Notes under the pieces: model-generated
What the model was told of the DNA's origin: nothing
What the model saw: only the letters and a program-made list of their open reading frames with translations
The model's database searches: none
In this document: positions 7,180-17,661 of the stretch, one piece after another
How positions within the stretch are numbered: the stretch's first letter is position 1
Layout of the letters: the number at the start of each line of letters is the position of its first letter
From: Deltaproteobacteria bacterium
GTDB taxonomy: Bacteria; JAGRBM01; JAHCIT01
DNA: 64,000 nt
Reading direction: 5' to 3'
NCBI GenBank assembly: GCA_026129095.1
Contig: JAHCIT010000004.1
Coordinates: 1 to 64,000, forward strand
Translations under genes and position numbers: made by a program

Positions 7180-9720
7180 ATGCTCACCCGATTCAACTTC
7201 ATCGCGCGGTGGATCGCCGAATTCCTGTTCGGCGCGATGGACCTGAGCGACAAGCTCCAGGACCGCGTCTGGTCGCTCCGCAAGGAGGGAACGGTCGTCT
7301 TCGTCCAGCGCCGCCGGAGCTGGGTCGATACGGTCGTCTTCAACTACCTGTTCCTGAAGGCGAAGCTCCCGTTGATCCGGTTCGTGGGCGGCGAGATCGA
7401 CCTTTTGCTGGTGGGGCCGGTCCGCGAGATCATCAGGGCGTTTTTCCGCGCCATCGGGCTTGCCCGGCCGCTCCCCGCGCAGAAGCCCTACCTTGACCGC
7501 CTCGGCGAGGAACTGGCCGCCGGGCGCGAGTCGCTCGTCTTTCTCGCCAAGGGGCGGAGCATCGTCAAGGATTTCTTCTCCGGCAACGACCCGTTCCCGC
7601 TGCTGGTGAAACTGGCCCGGACCTCCGACCGGCCTGTCTACCTCCTTCCGCAGTACATCATCTGGGACCAGACGCCCGGCCACAGCCGCGCCACCGTCAC
7701 CGAACGGGTGCTGGGGGCCGAGGATGACGAGTCGGTCGTCCGCCGGGCGATCGCCTGGATCAAGATGCTCCGCTACGCCAAGGCCGACTGCGGCACGCCG
7801 ATCGACGTGCGGGCGTTCATCAGGCTCCAGGACGAGGGTCTGAGCGACCGGGAGATCGTCCACCGGCTGAAGCTGGAGCTGCTGATGGAGTTCGAGCGCG
7901 AGCGGCGGGTCTATTCGGGCCCCAGGCTCAAGCAGCGGCCGGACATGAAGGCTGATATCCTGCGCGACGAGTGGTTCGTGGGGCGGCTGCTGGAGCTGGC
8001 CGAGCGGACAAACCAGAACCGCGACATGCTGCTCTACAAGGCCAACCGGATGCTCGACAAGATGGCCTCCGACTACAGCCACCTGAGCACCCGTGCGCTC
8101 AACTTCGTGCTGACGCAGGCCTGGAAGCGGATGTGGGACGGCATCGAGATGGACCCGGCGCAGCTCGAAACCCTGCGCCAGGCGATGCGGGAGGGGCCGG
8201 TGCTGCTGATGCCGAACCACTCGTCGCATGCCGACTACCTGCTCATGTCCACCCAGCTTTACGCCCACGACATCATCCCGCCCCACATCGCCGCCGGGGA
8301 CAACCTCTCGTTCTGGCCGCTGGGGGCGATCTTCCGGGGATCGGGGGCGTTCTTCATGCGCCGCTCGTTCCGGGGCGACGACCTCTACAAGCTCGTCTTC
8401 GACGCCTACATCCGTTTCCTCCTGCGCGAGGGATACCTCGTCGAGTTCTTCATCGAGGGCGGGCGCTCCCGCTCGGGCAAGATGCTCGGCCCCAAGTACG
8501 GACTGCTTTCGACGATGATCGACCACTACTTCACCGGCGACTGCCCGAACCTCTCCATCCTGCCGGTCGGCGTCGATTACGACCGGGTGTTCGAGGAAAA
8601 CTCGTTCAAGAAGGAACTGGAAGGCGGGGCCAAGCAGAAGGAATCGGTATTCGCGCTCCTCAAGATCGTCCGGTTCTTCGGCGAGAAGCGGGGCCGCGTC
8701 TACGTGAAGTTCGGCGAGCTGCTGCGCCTGCGCGACTGGACGGCCGACCGGAACCAGACGATGGACGATGCCGACAACCGCAAGACCTTCACGGCCGATC
8801 TCGCCGCCGAGGTCGTCACCCGCATCCAGCGCGAGCGAACCGCCTCGCCCACGGCGCTTGTCTGCGCCGCCCTGCTCCCCGACCCCGGCGTGGCGATCGA
8901 CCCGATCCTGTTCCAGAAGCGGGTGGAACTGCTGCTCGCCGCCGTGAAGCGGATCGGCATGCGTCTACCCTCCTCGCTTGCCGGGGCGCAGACGGACGCC
9001 CTCCGCACGCTGCATGACCGGCTGCACGACCTTGCCCACTCGAAGGTGGTGAGGATTGACGAGAATACCGGCCACATCACCTTCGAGCGGCCCGCGACGC
9101 TCGTCCTCGACTACTACCGCAACACTGTCGTGAACCTGCTCTCGGAGCTGTCGCTCACCGCGCTGGCCCTGCTGGCGGGCGGCACGGAACCCGCCGGGGC
9201 GGCCGGGATCGAGCGGCGCACGGAGTTTGCCGATACGCTGCTCGCCGGGCAGTTCATCCGGCCGGTCCGCGTCTCCGGCGAGGAGCGGCTGAAGATGCTC
9301 GCCGACCTCGGAGCCGCGACGCTCGCCAACGGGGCGGCCCCGCTCACGGCCTGCCCCGCCGACACCGAATCGCTCCGGCTCATCGCCTCGCTCGTCCGGC
9401 CGAACATCGAAACCGCCTGGCTCGTCCTGGATTCGCTGCCGCTTCTGGACGGCACGCCCCTGAAGAAGTCCGACTTCGCCAAACAGGTCGTGAAGCGGTC
9501 GGCCGACTCCCTGAAGAACGGCGACATCCGGACGGTGGAGTCCATTTCCCGCGCCCGTATTGACGAGGCGATCGGCTCGCTCACGCATCTCAAAGTGATC
9601 GAGCCCGGCGCCGAGCGGGACGAAATCCGCTCCGGCCCCACCGGCAAGCGGCACCCGCTCATCACCGGGGCCCGCGACCTGCTCGACCGGACGGCGCTCG
9701 CCGCCGGAAAACCGCAGTAG
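7180..9720 (+). CDS. plsB: Glycerol-3-phosphate acyltransferase (PlsB/GPAT family)
   Basis: NHSSHAD (HxxxxD), GAFFMRR and FFIEGGRSRSGK motifs. Confidence 0.9.
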   Translation: MLTRFNFIARWIAEFLFGAMDLSDKLQDRVWSLRKEGTVVFVQRRRSWVDTVVFNYLFLKAKLPLIRFVGGEIDLLLVGPVREIIRAFFRAIGLARPLPAQKPYLDRLGEELAAGRESLVFLAKGRSIVKDFFSGNDPFPLLVKLARTSDRPVYLLPQYIIWDQTPGHSRATVTERVLGAEDDESVVRRAIAWIKMLRYAKADCGTPIDVRAFIRLQDEGLSDREIVHRLKLELLMEFERERRVYSGPRLKQRPDMKADILRDEWFVGRLLELAERTNQNRDMLLYKANRMLDKMASDYSHLSTRALNFVLTQAWKRMWDGIEMDPAQLETLRQAMREGPVLLMPNHSSHADYLLMSTQLYAHDIIPPHIAAGDNLSFWPLGAIFRGSGAFFMRRSFRGDDLYKLVFDAYIRFLLREGYLVEFFIEGGRSRSGKMLGPKYGLLSTMIDHYFTGDCPNLSILPVGVDYDRVFEENSFKKELEGGAKQKESVFALLKIVRFFGEKRGRVYVKFGELLRLRDWTADRNQTMDDADNRKTFTADLAAEVVTRIQRERTASPTALVCAALLPDPGVAIDPILFQKRVELLLAAVKRIGMRLPSSLAGAQTDALRTLHDRLHDLAHSKVVRIDENTGHITFERPATLVLDYYRNTVVNLLSELSLTALALLAGGTEPAGAAGIERRTEFADTLLAGQFIRPVRVSGEERLKMLADLGAATLANGAAPLTACPADTESLRLIASLVRPNIETAWLVLDSLPLLDGTPLKKSDFAKQVVKRSADSLKNGDIRTVESISRARIDEAIGSLTHLKVIEPGAERDEIRSGPTGKRHPLITGARDLLDRTALAAGKPQ

Positions 9721-9729
9721 CGTTTTTTC

Positions 9730-11421
9730 CTATTCGACCTGGGCGGCCTTTGACGGATCGGACGGGGATTCGTCCGTTTCCTTCGTTCCATCGGCCGGCT
9801 GGCCGAGGCCGAGCTGGGCGGTGAGCTTGTCGATCTGGGAGTCGAGGAGCTTGAGGTCCTTCTCGATGGCCGGCTGGACGGCCGTGCCAGGGTAGTCGGC
9901 GAGAAGCTGGTTGAGCTGTTTCTGCACGGCAAGAAGCGCCAGCCGCCGGGCGGCGGCGTCCTTGATCCTGAGGGCGCGCACCACGGCGTCGGCGGCCTGC
10001 TCGCGCTGGCGCTGGACCACGCCGTCAATGGCGGCGGGAAGCAGCTCCAGCGCCCTGCGGTTTTCGGTGGGCGAGCCCGACAGTTCGCGGAGCAGGTAGA
10101 CCGCTTCCGGGAACTTGCCCTCGCGGACGGCGAGCTCGGCTGCAAGAAGTTTCTGCCGGTCCAGCTCGGCCCGCTCGGCCGACGCCTTTCCCTTCTGGGC
10201 CTCCATCGTGCTGAGGGAGGCGGAGATCATCGGCTGGAGATCGGTTTCGGGGAAACGGTTCCGGAGCTCGCCGATCCTCCCGCGCACCGTGTCCAGTTCC
10301 GTCCGGCCGTGGAAGTAGCCGTCCTGGAGCGCCGACAGCTCGCGGCCGAGGAGGTCCAGCCGCCGCTGGCGGAAGCCTTCCATGATCTGCTGCGCGCGCT
10401 CGCGCAGGGCCGGGTCGCGGGCCTCGCCCATCACGTCGGCCACGAGGCCGTGCGCGGCCGAGTAGTCGGTGCCGTAGGCGAAGATCGCCTCGGCCTGGAT
10501 GAGCTTCGCCCGCCAGCGGGCATTCTCGTCCCGGTCGCGCCGCTCCAGCGCGGCGATGCGGTCCCGCGTCTGGGGGCCCAGCGGCTCCAGCGACTTCAGC
10601 CGTTCCATCACCGCCTGGTAGTACTGGCGCGCACGGTCGAGCTCGCCCACGGCGGCCAGATACCCGGCCAGCTCGCCCGTGAGCGTGGGGAGATCGTCGA
10701 ACTGCTGCGACGAGAGAAAACCCTCGAGATAGTGCGCCGCCCGCGCCGGATCGCCCGACCTTGCGGCCGCCCGCGCCACTGCGGGCACCACGTCCAGCGG
10801 CATCTCCTCCGGCGGAAGCTCGCTCACCGCCGTATCCCAGGCGGCGAGAATCTTCCCGTCGTCGCCCGACTGGACCGCCTGGAGCAGTTCCTGCCGGACC
10901 GACCCGCCGGTGCGGGCCGGGATCTGCCCCTCGCCGATCTCCCCGGCCTCGCCGGACGCGAGCCGGGCGGCGCGCAGCTTGGCGAGCCTCGTCATGGCTC
11001 CGATAAGCTGTTCCCAGCGGGCGCGGTCGCCCGCTTCGGTGCGGATCGTGTGGCGGTCGAGGCCGCTGGCCGCCTCGGCGAGGGCGACGAGCGCCTCCAG
11101 TTCCCCGGTGCGGGCCTGCTTCTGCGCGTCGGAAAGGGTGCGAGACTTGCGCGTCTCGTCGAGAAGCTTTTTCAGCGGGGCCGGGTCGGGGAGCTGGATA
11201 TCCACCTGCAGCGATTCGGGCGTCGCCGATTCGCCATAAGGGTTCACGTAGCCCTGCGCCGCCGCGCCGCCACCGGCCGCGCCCTCTTCCACCGGTGCGG
11301 GGGGCGGCGGCCCGCCGGGCAGCGTGACTCCGGCGCACCCGGATAGAACGGCGGCCAGCAGGGAAAGCCCGCTTCCGGCGGCCCGGAAACGGCGGATGAT
11401 CTCGGCCTGAAACTGCGGCAT
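9730..11421 (-). CDS. TPR-like all-helical lipoprotein
   Basis: Lipobox LSGC and TPR-like helices (GELDRARQYYQAV). Start approximate. Confidence 0.65.
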   Translation of the reverse strand: MPQFQAEIIRRFRAAGSGLSLLAAVLSGCAGVTLPGGPPPPAPVEEGAAGGGAAAQGYVNPYGESATPESLQVDIQLPDPAPLKKLLDETRKSRTLSDAQKQARTGELEALVALAEAASGLDRHTIRTEAGDRARWEQLIGAMTRLAKLRAARLASGEAGEIGEGQIPARTGGSVRQELLQAVQSGDDGKILAAWDTAVSELPPEEMPLDVVPAVARAAARSGDPARAAHYLEGFLSSQQFDDLPTLTGELAGYLAAVGELDRARQYYQAVMERLKSLEPLGPQTRDRIAALERRDRDENARWRAKLIQAEAIFAYGTDYSAAHGLVADVMGEARDPALRERAQQIMEGFRQRRLDLLGRELSALQDGYFHGRTELDTVRGRIGELRNRFPETDLQPMISASLSTMEAQKGKASAERAELDRQKLLAAELAVREGKFPEAVYLLRELSGSPTENRRALELLPAAIDGVVQRQREQAADAVVRALRIKDAAARRLALLAVQKQLNQLLADYPGTAVQPAIEKDLKLLDSQIDKLTAQLGLGQPADGTKETDESPSDPSKAAQVE

Positions 11422-11645
11422 CGTCGGCACCTCGTCCAAAAGCACCTGCTCCCCTGAATCCCGATGGTGACAGGCCCCTGTATACACGCCCGGAGCCACG
11501 GCCGTAAACCGGCGGCCGGGGGAGTACCAGAGGGGCCGCCACAGGTCAGTTGACAGTGGCGGCGTGAATCACCTAACTAGTGCAAATCTGTAGGTTTCCA
11601 CGGAATCGCAGAACCATCTAGAGGGAAGGTTATAGTTACGCCCAT

Positions 11646-12305
11646 ATGAGTGCCCAGGACGACGCCCTGTTCCAACGATTCGGAAAGGTTTTCCCCGCCG
11701 GCACGACCATCTTCGAGGAAGGCGCCGAGGGGCGCGAGATGTTCGTGATCCAGGACGGCAAGGTCCGCATCTCCAAGAAGGTGCGCGACGTGGAGAAGGT
11801 GCTGGCCGACATCGGCCCCGGCGCGTTCTTCGGCGAGATGTCGATCCTCCTCAACAAGCCGCGCTCGGCGAAGGCAGTGGTGCTGACCGATTCGAAGCTG
11901 CTGGTGATCGAGCCCAAGACGTTCGAGGCGATGCTCAAGGGCAACGCCGAAATCGCCATCCGGCTCATCAAGATCCTCGCCGACCGGCTCCAGGAGGCCG
12001 ACGAGCAGATCGAGAACCTGCTGCTGCGCGACGACTCCAGCCGCGTGGTCCACTTCCTCACCCGGCAGGCGGACAAGAAGGGCAAGCCCGTCGAGGGCGG
12101 CGGCCGCTTCATCGCCGGCAACAAGGATCTGATCTCCGCCCAGACCGGCACCGACCCCCGGCACATCAACGACGTGCTGGACAAGCTGGTGAAGGGCAAC
12201 CTGCTGAAAATCCAGCCCGACGGATTTGTCGTCGCCGAGACGGAAAAGCTCCGGAAGTTCCTGGAGTACCTCGCGCTCAAGGAGCAGTTCGGGGAGTTTT
12301 CCTGA
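11646..12305 (+). CDS. Crp/Fnr-family cNMP-binding regulator
   Basis: cNMP pocket FFGEMS...PRSA and a C-terminal HTH-like region. Confidence 0.88.
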   Translation: MSAQDDALFQRFGKVFPAGTTIFEEGAEGREMFVIQDGKVRISKKVRDVEKVLADIGPGAFFGEMSILLNKPRSAKAVVLTDSKLLVIEPKTFEAMLKGNAEIAIRLIKILADRLQEADEQIENLLLRDDSSRVVHFLTRQADKKGKPVEGGGRFIAGNKDLISAQTGTDPRHINDVLDKLVKGNLLKIQPDGFVVAETEKLRKFLEYLALKEQFGEFS

Positions 12306-12354
12306 TACCCCGCAGCGGGGGCGGCTGTCAGGAAAGGCGGAAACCGGGTTTCCC

Positions 12355-13125
12355 ATGCGTGTGAAGATCTGCGGATGCTCCGGCGGCGAGACACCGGAAA
12401 CCTCCCTGACGGGGTTTGTGATCGACGACACCCTGGCGCTGGACGCCGGTTCGCTGTGCAAGGCCCTCACGCTCGAAGAACAGTGCGCCCTCGACAACGT
12501 GCTCATCACGCACACGCACCTGGACCACATCAAGGACCTGGCGTTCCTCGCCGACAACATCATCGGGATCAAGAAGACGCCGCTCCACATCTGGGGAGCC
12601 GAGCCGGTCATCCGGGTGCTGCGCGAACACTTCATGAACGACCGGATCTGGCCGGACTTCACGAAGATCCCCACGGCCGACAACCCCACGCTCGTCTACC
12701 ACCAGATCGAGCCGGAAAAGCCGTTCGAGGTGGCCGGTTACAAGGTGCTGGCCGTGCCGACGAAGCACCCCGTTCCGAATACCGGCTACATCGTCTCCAA
12801 CGCCACGGGCGCGTTCTGCTTCACCGGGGACACCGGCGTCACCGAACGTATCTGGGAAGTGCTCAACCAGACGCCGAAGGTGCTGGGCCTCATCACGGAA
12901 GTGAGTTTCCCGAACATGATGACCGACCTGGCGAACCTGAGCGGCCACCTGACGCCGAAGATGCTGTTTGAGCAGATGGGGCGGCTCAAGAACCGCAACT
13001 ACACGGTCTACCTGTCGCACAACAAGCCCAATTTCCGCGAACTGCTCCACAAGGAAGTGGCCGAGACGGGGCTCCAGGACTACTACTTCCTTACCCGCGG
13101 CGAGCTGCTCGACCTCGCTCCCTGA
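12355..13125 (+). CDS. Class II 3',5'-cyclic-nucleotide phosphodiesterase (MBL fold)
   Basis: GCSGG...LDAG, THTHLDH, HFMNDRIWPDF, GDT and SGHLTP motifs. Start at ATG 12355. Confidence 0.85.
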   Translation: MRVKICGCSGGETPETSLTGFVIDDTLALDAGSLCKALTLEEQCALDNVLITHTHLDHIKDLAFLADNIIGIKKTPLHIWGAEPVIRVLREHFMNDRIWPDFTKIPTADNPTLVYHQIEPEKPFEVAGYKVLAVPTKHPVPNTGYIVSNATGAFCFTGDTGVTERIWEVLNQTPKVLGLITEVSFPNMMTDLANLSGHLTPKMLFEQMGRLKNRNYTVYLSHNKPNFRELLHKEVAETGLQDYYFLTRGELLDLAP

Positions 13126-13150
13126 AACCCGCCCCCGCAAGAAACCCACC

Positions 13151-14482
13151 TTGACCCTGCCCAGGGAAATCCGCTCCGCCGCCGACTTCGGCAGCCTTGA
13201 GGCCGGGCAGACGATCCGTCTTGGCCTGGAGCGGATGCGCCGCCTCTGCGAAAAACTGGACCATCCCGAACGGGCGTTCCGCGCCGTCCACGTGGCCGGG
13301 ACCAACGGCAAGGGCTCGATCTGCGCGGCGATCCATGCGGTGCTCGCCGGGGCGGGCGCGGAGCCGGGACTCTACACCTCGCCGCATCTGGTGAGCCCGC
13401 TGGAGCGTGTGCGGATAGGGCGGCGTGACTGGACCGAAACGGAACTCGTCTCGTCCGTCAACGAGGCGCTTTCGGCCGTTCACGGCGACACGGCCCTGTC
13501 GGCCGAGCCGCCCACGGTGTTTGAACTCGTTACGGCGGCGGCCTTTCTCGCGCTCGCCCGCGCCGGCGTGAAGCTGGCCGTGATCGAGGTGGGGCTCGGC
13601 GGCCGTCTCGATTCGACCACGGTCTGCCACCCGGAAGTGTGCGTCATCAGTTCCATCGGGCTCGACCACCAGCAGTATCTGGGGCCGGACATCCTCAGCA
13701 TCGGGCGAGAGAAGGCGGGGATCATCCGGGAAAAGGCGCCGGTGGTCACGTCCGCCGTGCAGCCGGAAATCCAGCGGCTCATCCACGACACGGCGATGGA
13801 GCGGCTCTCGCCCTGCTATCTGGGCGGCCGCCACTTCGACTACGTTTCGGCCGGACGGGAAGGCGGCAGCGAGGCGCGGTTCGACTACCTCGGCATCAAC
13901 ACCCGCTGGCCGGACCTTCCGCTGCCGCTGCCGGGCGCGCACCAGTTCCAGAACATGGCCGCCGCCTGCGCGGCACTGGAACTGCTCGCCGCCCGCGGCG
14001 TGGCGGGCCTTGCGCCGGAGACGGTGCGCTCCGGACTTGCCTCCGTGCGCTGGCCGGGGCGGCTGGAGCATGTCTCCACCTCGCCCGACCTGTGGCTCGA
14101 TGGCGCGCACAACCCGGACGCCGCCCGCGTCCTGGCGAAGTTTCTCGAAACGGCCGCCGCGGGCCGCCGCCTCCACTTCATCGTGGGCTTCCGGGCGGAC
14201 AAGCAGCAGCGGGAGTTCCTGGAGATCATCGCCCCGCTGGCCCACCGGATCACCGCGACCGGCGCCCCGGGGCTCATGCCGGCGGACGAGGCGGGCCGGA
14301 TCGCGGCGGCCGTTCACCGGAACACGGTCGTCGAGCCGGAACTTGCGAAAATCCTCGCCCAGCTTCACTGGCGGAAAGACGCCACCGAAACGGCCGTCGT
14401 CACGGGATCGCTCTATCTGGTGGGCGCGGCGAAGGCGTGGCTCGACCTCAACATGCCCGGCCAGCGTTCACCGGCCGCCTGA
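13151..14482 (+). CDS. folC: Dihydrofolate synthase/folylpolyglutamate synthase
   Basis: HVAGTNGKGS, YTSPHL, EVGLGGRLD, WPGR, LDGAHN and GSLYLVG motifs. TTG start approximate. Confidence 0.93.
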   Translation: MTLPREIRSAADFGSLEAGQTIRLGLERMRRLCEKLDHPERAFRAVHVAGTNGKGSICAAIHAVLAGAGAEPGLYTSPHLVSPLERVRIGRRDWTETELVSSVNEALSAVHGDTALSAEPPTVFELVTAAAFLALARAGVKLAVIEVGLGGRLDSTTVCHPEVCVISSIGLDHQQYLGPDILSIGREKAGIIREKAPVVTSAVQPEIQRLIHDTAMERLSPCYLGGRHFDYVSAGREGGSEARFDYLGINTRWPDLPLPLPGAHQFQNMAAACAALELLAARGVAGLAPETVRSGLASVRWPGRLEHVSTSPDLWLDGAHNPDAARVLAKFLETAAAGRRLHFIVGFRADKQQREFLEIIAPLAHRITATGAPGLMPADEAGRIAAAVHRNTVVEPELAKILAQLHWRKDATETAVVTGSLYLVGAAKAWLDLNMPGQRSPAA

Positions 14483-14506
14483 ACGGCTGGTTCGGGGCCG
14501 GAACCG

Positions 14507-15232
14507 TCAGGGCTGTTCCGCTTCGCCGGGCGGATTGGCGGCAGGCTGCCGGGCGGGCTCCTGCTGGTCATCCGGCACCCAGAGGCGGTCGCGGCGGAAG
14601 TACAGCTCCAGCGCGAGCTGCGTGAACGATTCGAAGACGCCCTCGCCCACTTCCTCCTGCCTGACGATGATCGCCTGGTCATCGGGGCCGATGACATGGA
14701 ACACCGGGGAGCGGACGAACATCTCCTTGGTCACCTTCCGCATGTTCTGGCGGTCGGCCCAGGTGCGGTAGGCGTCATCCCACGCGATCTCGCGCACTCC
14801 GAAGGCGTTCACCTCGCGGATCCCGGCGTCGTCCACACGCCAGTAGTGGGAAAAGTGGCTGATCGTCCGGTTGTAGAACACCAGCGAGCCCGCGAGCACG
14901 ATCATCGCCCACAGGGCGACGCGGCCGGGTTTCGGCAGGTTTTCCTGGGTGACGGAGCGGTAAGCCAGCGGGAACAGGAATCCCACGGCGGCCAGAACCC
15001 CGTACCAGATGGCGTCCACGAGGAAACTGAGCGGCGCGACCGAGATGATCCCCACGCCGGCCGCCGGGCTCTCGAACCGGTAGTAGGTCGTGCATCCGGC
15101 CGCCCCGGAAAGGACAGCCAGAACGGCGAGGCGGCGGGCAAAACCGCTGGCGAGACAGGTGAAACGGCGGCTATTGGGGGCGGCTCCGGGGCAAAACATC
15201 GGATCGGCTCTCTCCGTGGCATGTACGGCCAT
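14507..15232 (-). CDS. Hypothetical membrane (lipo)protein
   Basis: AAGC lipobox-like motif and two TM segments. Start uncertain. Confidence 0.55.
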   Translation of the reverse strand: MAVHATERADPMFCPGAAPNSRRFTCLASGFARRLAVLAVLSGAAGCTTYYRFESPAAGVGIISVAPLSFLVDAIWYGVLAAVGFLFPLAYRSVTQENLPKPGRVALWAMIVLAGSLVFYNRTISHFSHYWRVDDAGIREVNAFGVREIAWDDAYRTWADRQNMRKVTKEMFVRSPVFHVIGPDDQAIIVRQEEVGEGVFESFTQLALELYFRRDRLWVPDDQQEPARQPAANPPGEAEQP

Positions 15233-15396
15233 TCCCGCCAGGTCACGGGATTTGCAGAAACGGCTCTGTGTGATAGATTAACCGTTGCAGAGACAGAATC
15301 AAAAAACGTTAGTTATTATGATGACTTACAAGCCAAGGATGCGCCGCCCCTGACCGGGCGCCGCTGTCCCGGCCAGTGGCCGGGGCATGGGCGACC

Positions 15397-17274
15397 ATGA
15401 GCCTGCTCGGAAACCTGGAAGACCTCGGTCTGGGAGACATCCTCCAGATCGTCAGCCTCTCGAAAAAGAGCGGCGTGCTGCTGCTCACGGCGCGCAACCG
15501 CAGCGGGCAGGTCATGTTCAAGGAGGGGCGGGTCGTCTGCGCCACGGTCAGCACGATCGCCGGGGATCTGACCGAACTGCTGGTCCGGTCCGGCGGGGTG
15601 CCCGAGGCCACCGCGAAGGACGCCCGGCAGGTCTGGGACGACCTCAACCACACCCAGCCCCTCCGGCAGGTTCTCCAGAAAACCTACAAGGTCAGCCCCG
15701 CGCTCATTGACGACGCGATCCGCGAGCACATCCAGTCGGTCACGACGGAGCTGTTCACCTGGACCGACGGCGAGTTCAACTTCGACCTGCTCGACGTGGA
15801 CGACGTCATCTCGCGCCTCCCCCCGGCGCAGCGCGAGCTGGTCGTGACCGAGGGGATCAGCCCGCAGTTCCTGGCGATGGAGGCGGCCCGCCTGATGGAC
15901 GAGAGCGCCGGCGGGACGACCGGCCCCGCGGGCGCGGCCGCCGCACCGGAGCTTGGCCGGGTGATTCCGATGAAGCGCCCGGCCGTTCCGCCCGTTCCGG
16001 TCACGCCGTCCCGGCCCACCCCGCCTGCTCCCGCCCCGGCCGCTCCGGCCGCATCTTCCACTCCGGCTGCGCCCCCCGCGAAGGTGGCCCTGCCGCCGCT
16101 CCGCAGCCATGTGCCGGTGATCGTCGCGGACGACGACAAGCTGACGCTGAATGCGCTGGCCGCCTCGCTGCGCCTGCGCGGCTTCGAGACGCACCCGGCC
16201 GATTCGGTCGAGGGGGCACGGACGCTGGTCAACGAGTTCGAATCGCGGGGCCAGTTCTACATCGTGCTGGCCGACCTGCTGATGCCGCGCAGCGACGGCG
16301 CGGGAATCCTGGGCGGCATCGAGCTGCTGGAGTTCGTCCGCGCCCAGCCGGTTCCGAGGCCCGCCGTGCTGTTTTCCGACTACGAGAACGCCAGCGCCCA
16401 GCAGAAGGCGGTGGAACTGGGCGCCAGCGAGTTCCTGCACAAGCCGCGCAAGGCGGAGATCACCAGGGGGGCGCAGTCGGATGCGATCGTGAAGTTCGTT
16501 GCGGTGCTGGAGCCCCGGCTCGCCCGGTGGATCGAGGAGGAAACCGGCCAGCCGCTTCCGCCGCTGGCCGCCGCGCCGGAACCGGCCCCGCCACCCGCAC
16601 AGCCGCCTGCACAGCCAGCCGTGCCGCCGTCCGTGCCGGCGAAGGCCCCCGCGTCGCCGGACTCGCTGCGGGACATCGGCGGCGAGATCGCCGAGGAGAT
16701 CGGCGCCGAGTTCAAGCCGGCCCAGAAGGCGTCAAGCGCCGGGCTCTCCATGCTCCGCCAGATGAGCCAGGAACTGAACAACCCGGAATCGAACATCGAG
16801 ATCACGCTGCTCATCCTGCGGTTCGCCGCCGAGCTCATGTCGCGGGCGGTGATCTTCCTCGTGACCGACCGGGACATCCGGGGCCTCGGCCAGTTCGGGC
16901 TGGAGGTTCCGGGCGTCAACGCCACGCGCATGGTCCGCTCGACGCTGATCCCGCTGAAGGAGCCGGGCGCGCTGGCCGAGGTGGCGCAGTCGAAGACGAC
17001 CTACAAGGGTCCGCTCCAGCCGGGCAAGTGGAACGACTACCTCGTCCGGCAGTTCGGCGGGTTTCCGGTGCCAGAGGCATTCATCTCCCCGATCGTGAGC
17101 CGGAACCGGTGCGTCGCCCTGCTCTACGGCGACAATGCCCCCGAAGAGCTGCCCACCGGCGAGACCGAGGCACTCGAAATCTTCCTCGTGCAGGCGGGGA
17201 TGGCGATGGACCGCGCCGTGCTGGAGCGCAAGCTCGGCGAGCTGGCCCGCGCCGTGCCCCGGAGCAAGGGATAG
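15397..17274 (+). CDS. DUF4388 (PATAN-like)-receiver-GAF-like signalling protein
   Basis: GNLEDLGLGDILQIV...W.DGEF.F domain; REC (VADDD, DLLMP, KP); C-terminal GAF-like region (ALLYGDN). Confidence 0.85.
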   Translation: MSLLGNLEDLGLGDILQIVSLSKKSGVLLLTARNRSGQVMFKEGRVVCATVSTIAGDLTELLVRSGGVPEATAKDARQVWDDLNHTQPLRQVLQKTYKVSPALIDDAIREHIQSVTTELFTWTDGEFNFDLLDVDDVISRLPPAQRELVVTEGISPQFLAMEAARLMDESAGGTTGPAGAAAAPELGRVIPMKRPAVPPVPVTPSRPTPPAPAPAAPAASSTPAAPPAKVALPPLRSHVPVIVADDDKLTLNALAASLRLRGFETHPADSVEGARTLVNEFESRGQFYIVLADLLMPRSDGAGILGGIELLEFVRAQPVPRPAVLFSDYENASAQQKAVELGASEFLHKPRKAEITRGAQSDAIVKFVAVLEPRLARWIEEETGQPLPPLAAAPEPAPPPAQPPAQPAVPPSVPAKAPASPDSLRDIGGEIAEEIGAEFKPAQKASSAGLSMLRQMSQELNNPESNIEITLLILRFAAELMSRAVIFLVTDRDIRGLGQFGLEVPGVNATRMVRSTLIPLKEPGALAEVAQSKTTYKGPLQPGKWNDYLVRQFGGFPVPEAFISPIVSRNRCVALLYGDNAPEELPTGETEALEIFLVQAGMAMDRAVLERKLGELARAVPRSKG

Positions 17275-17278
17275 CGCC

Positions 17279-17656
17279 ATGCCCATTGCCCGCATCCTGC
17301 TCGCCGAGGACTCCCCCACCACACGGTCCATGGTCGTGTCGGCGCTGGAACTGATCGGCGATATCGAGGTGGTGCCCACCTCCAGCGGGTTCGAGGCCCT
17401 GAAGACGCTGCCGCGCTTCAAGTTCGATCTCATCATCACCGACGTGAACATGCCCGACATCAACGGCCTCGAACTGGTGTCGTTCGTCAAGCACAACCCG
17501 ATGTACCGGCACATCCCGGTCATCATCATCACCAGCGAGACCGGCGAGAAGGACGAGGCCCGCGGACGCGCCCTCGGCGCCGCCGAGTACGTCCACAAGC
17601 CGCTGAACCCGGACACCCTCCAGCAGGTGATCCGGCGCTACATCAGGGTGGACTGA
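17279..17656 (+). CDS. cheY: CheY-like response regulator
   Basis: AEDS, DVNMPDING, T and KP. Confidence 0.88.
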   Translation: MPIARILLAEDSPTTRSMVVSALELIGDIEVVPTSSGFEALKTLPRFKFDLIITDVNMPDINGLELVSFVKHNPMYRHIPVIIITSETGEKDEARGRALGAAEYVHKPLNPDTLQQVIRRYIRVD

Positions 17657-17661
17657 AGACC

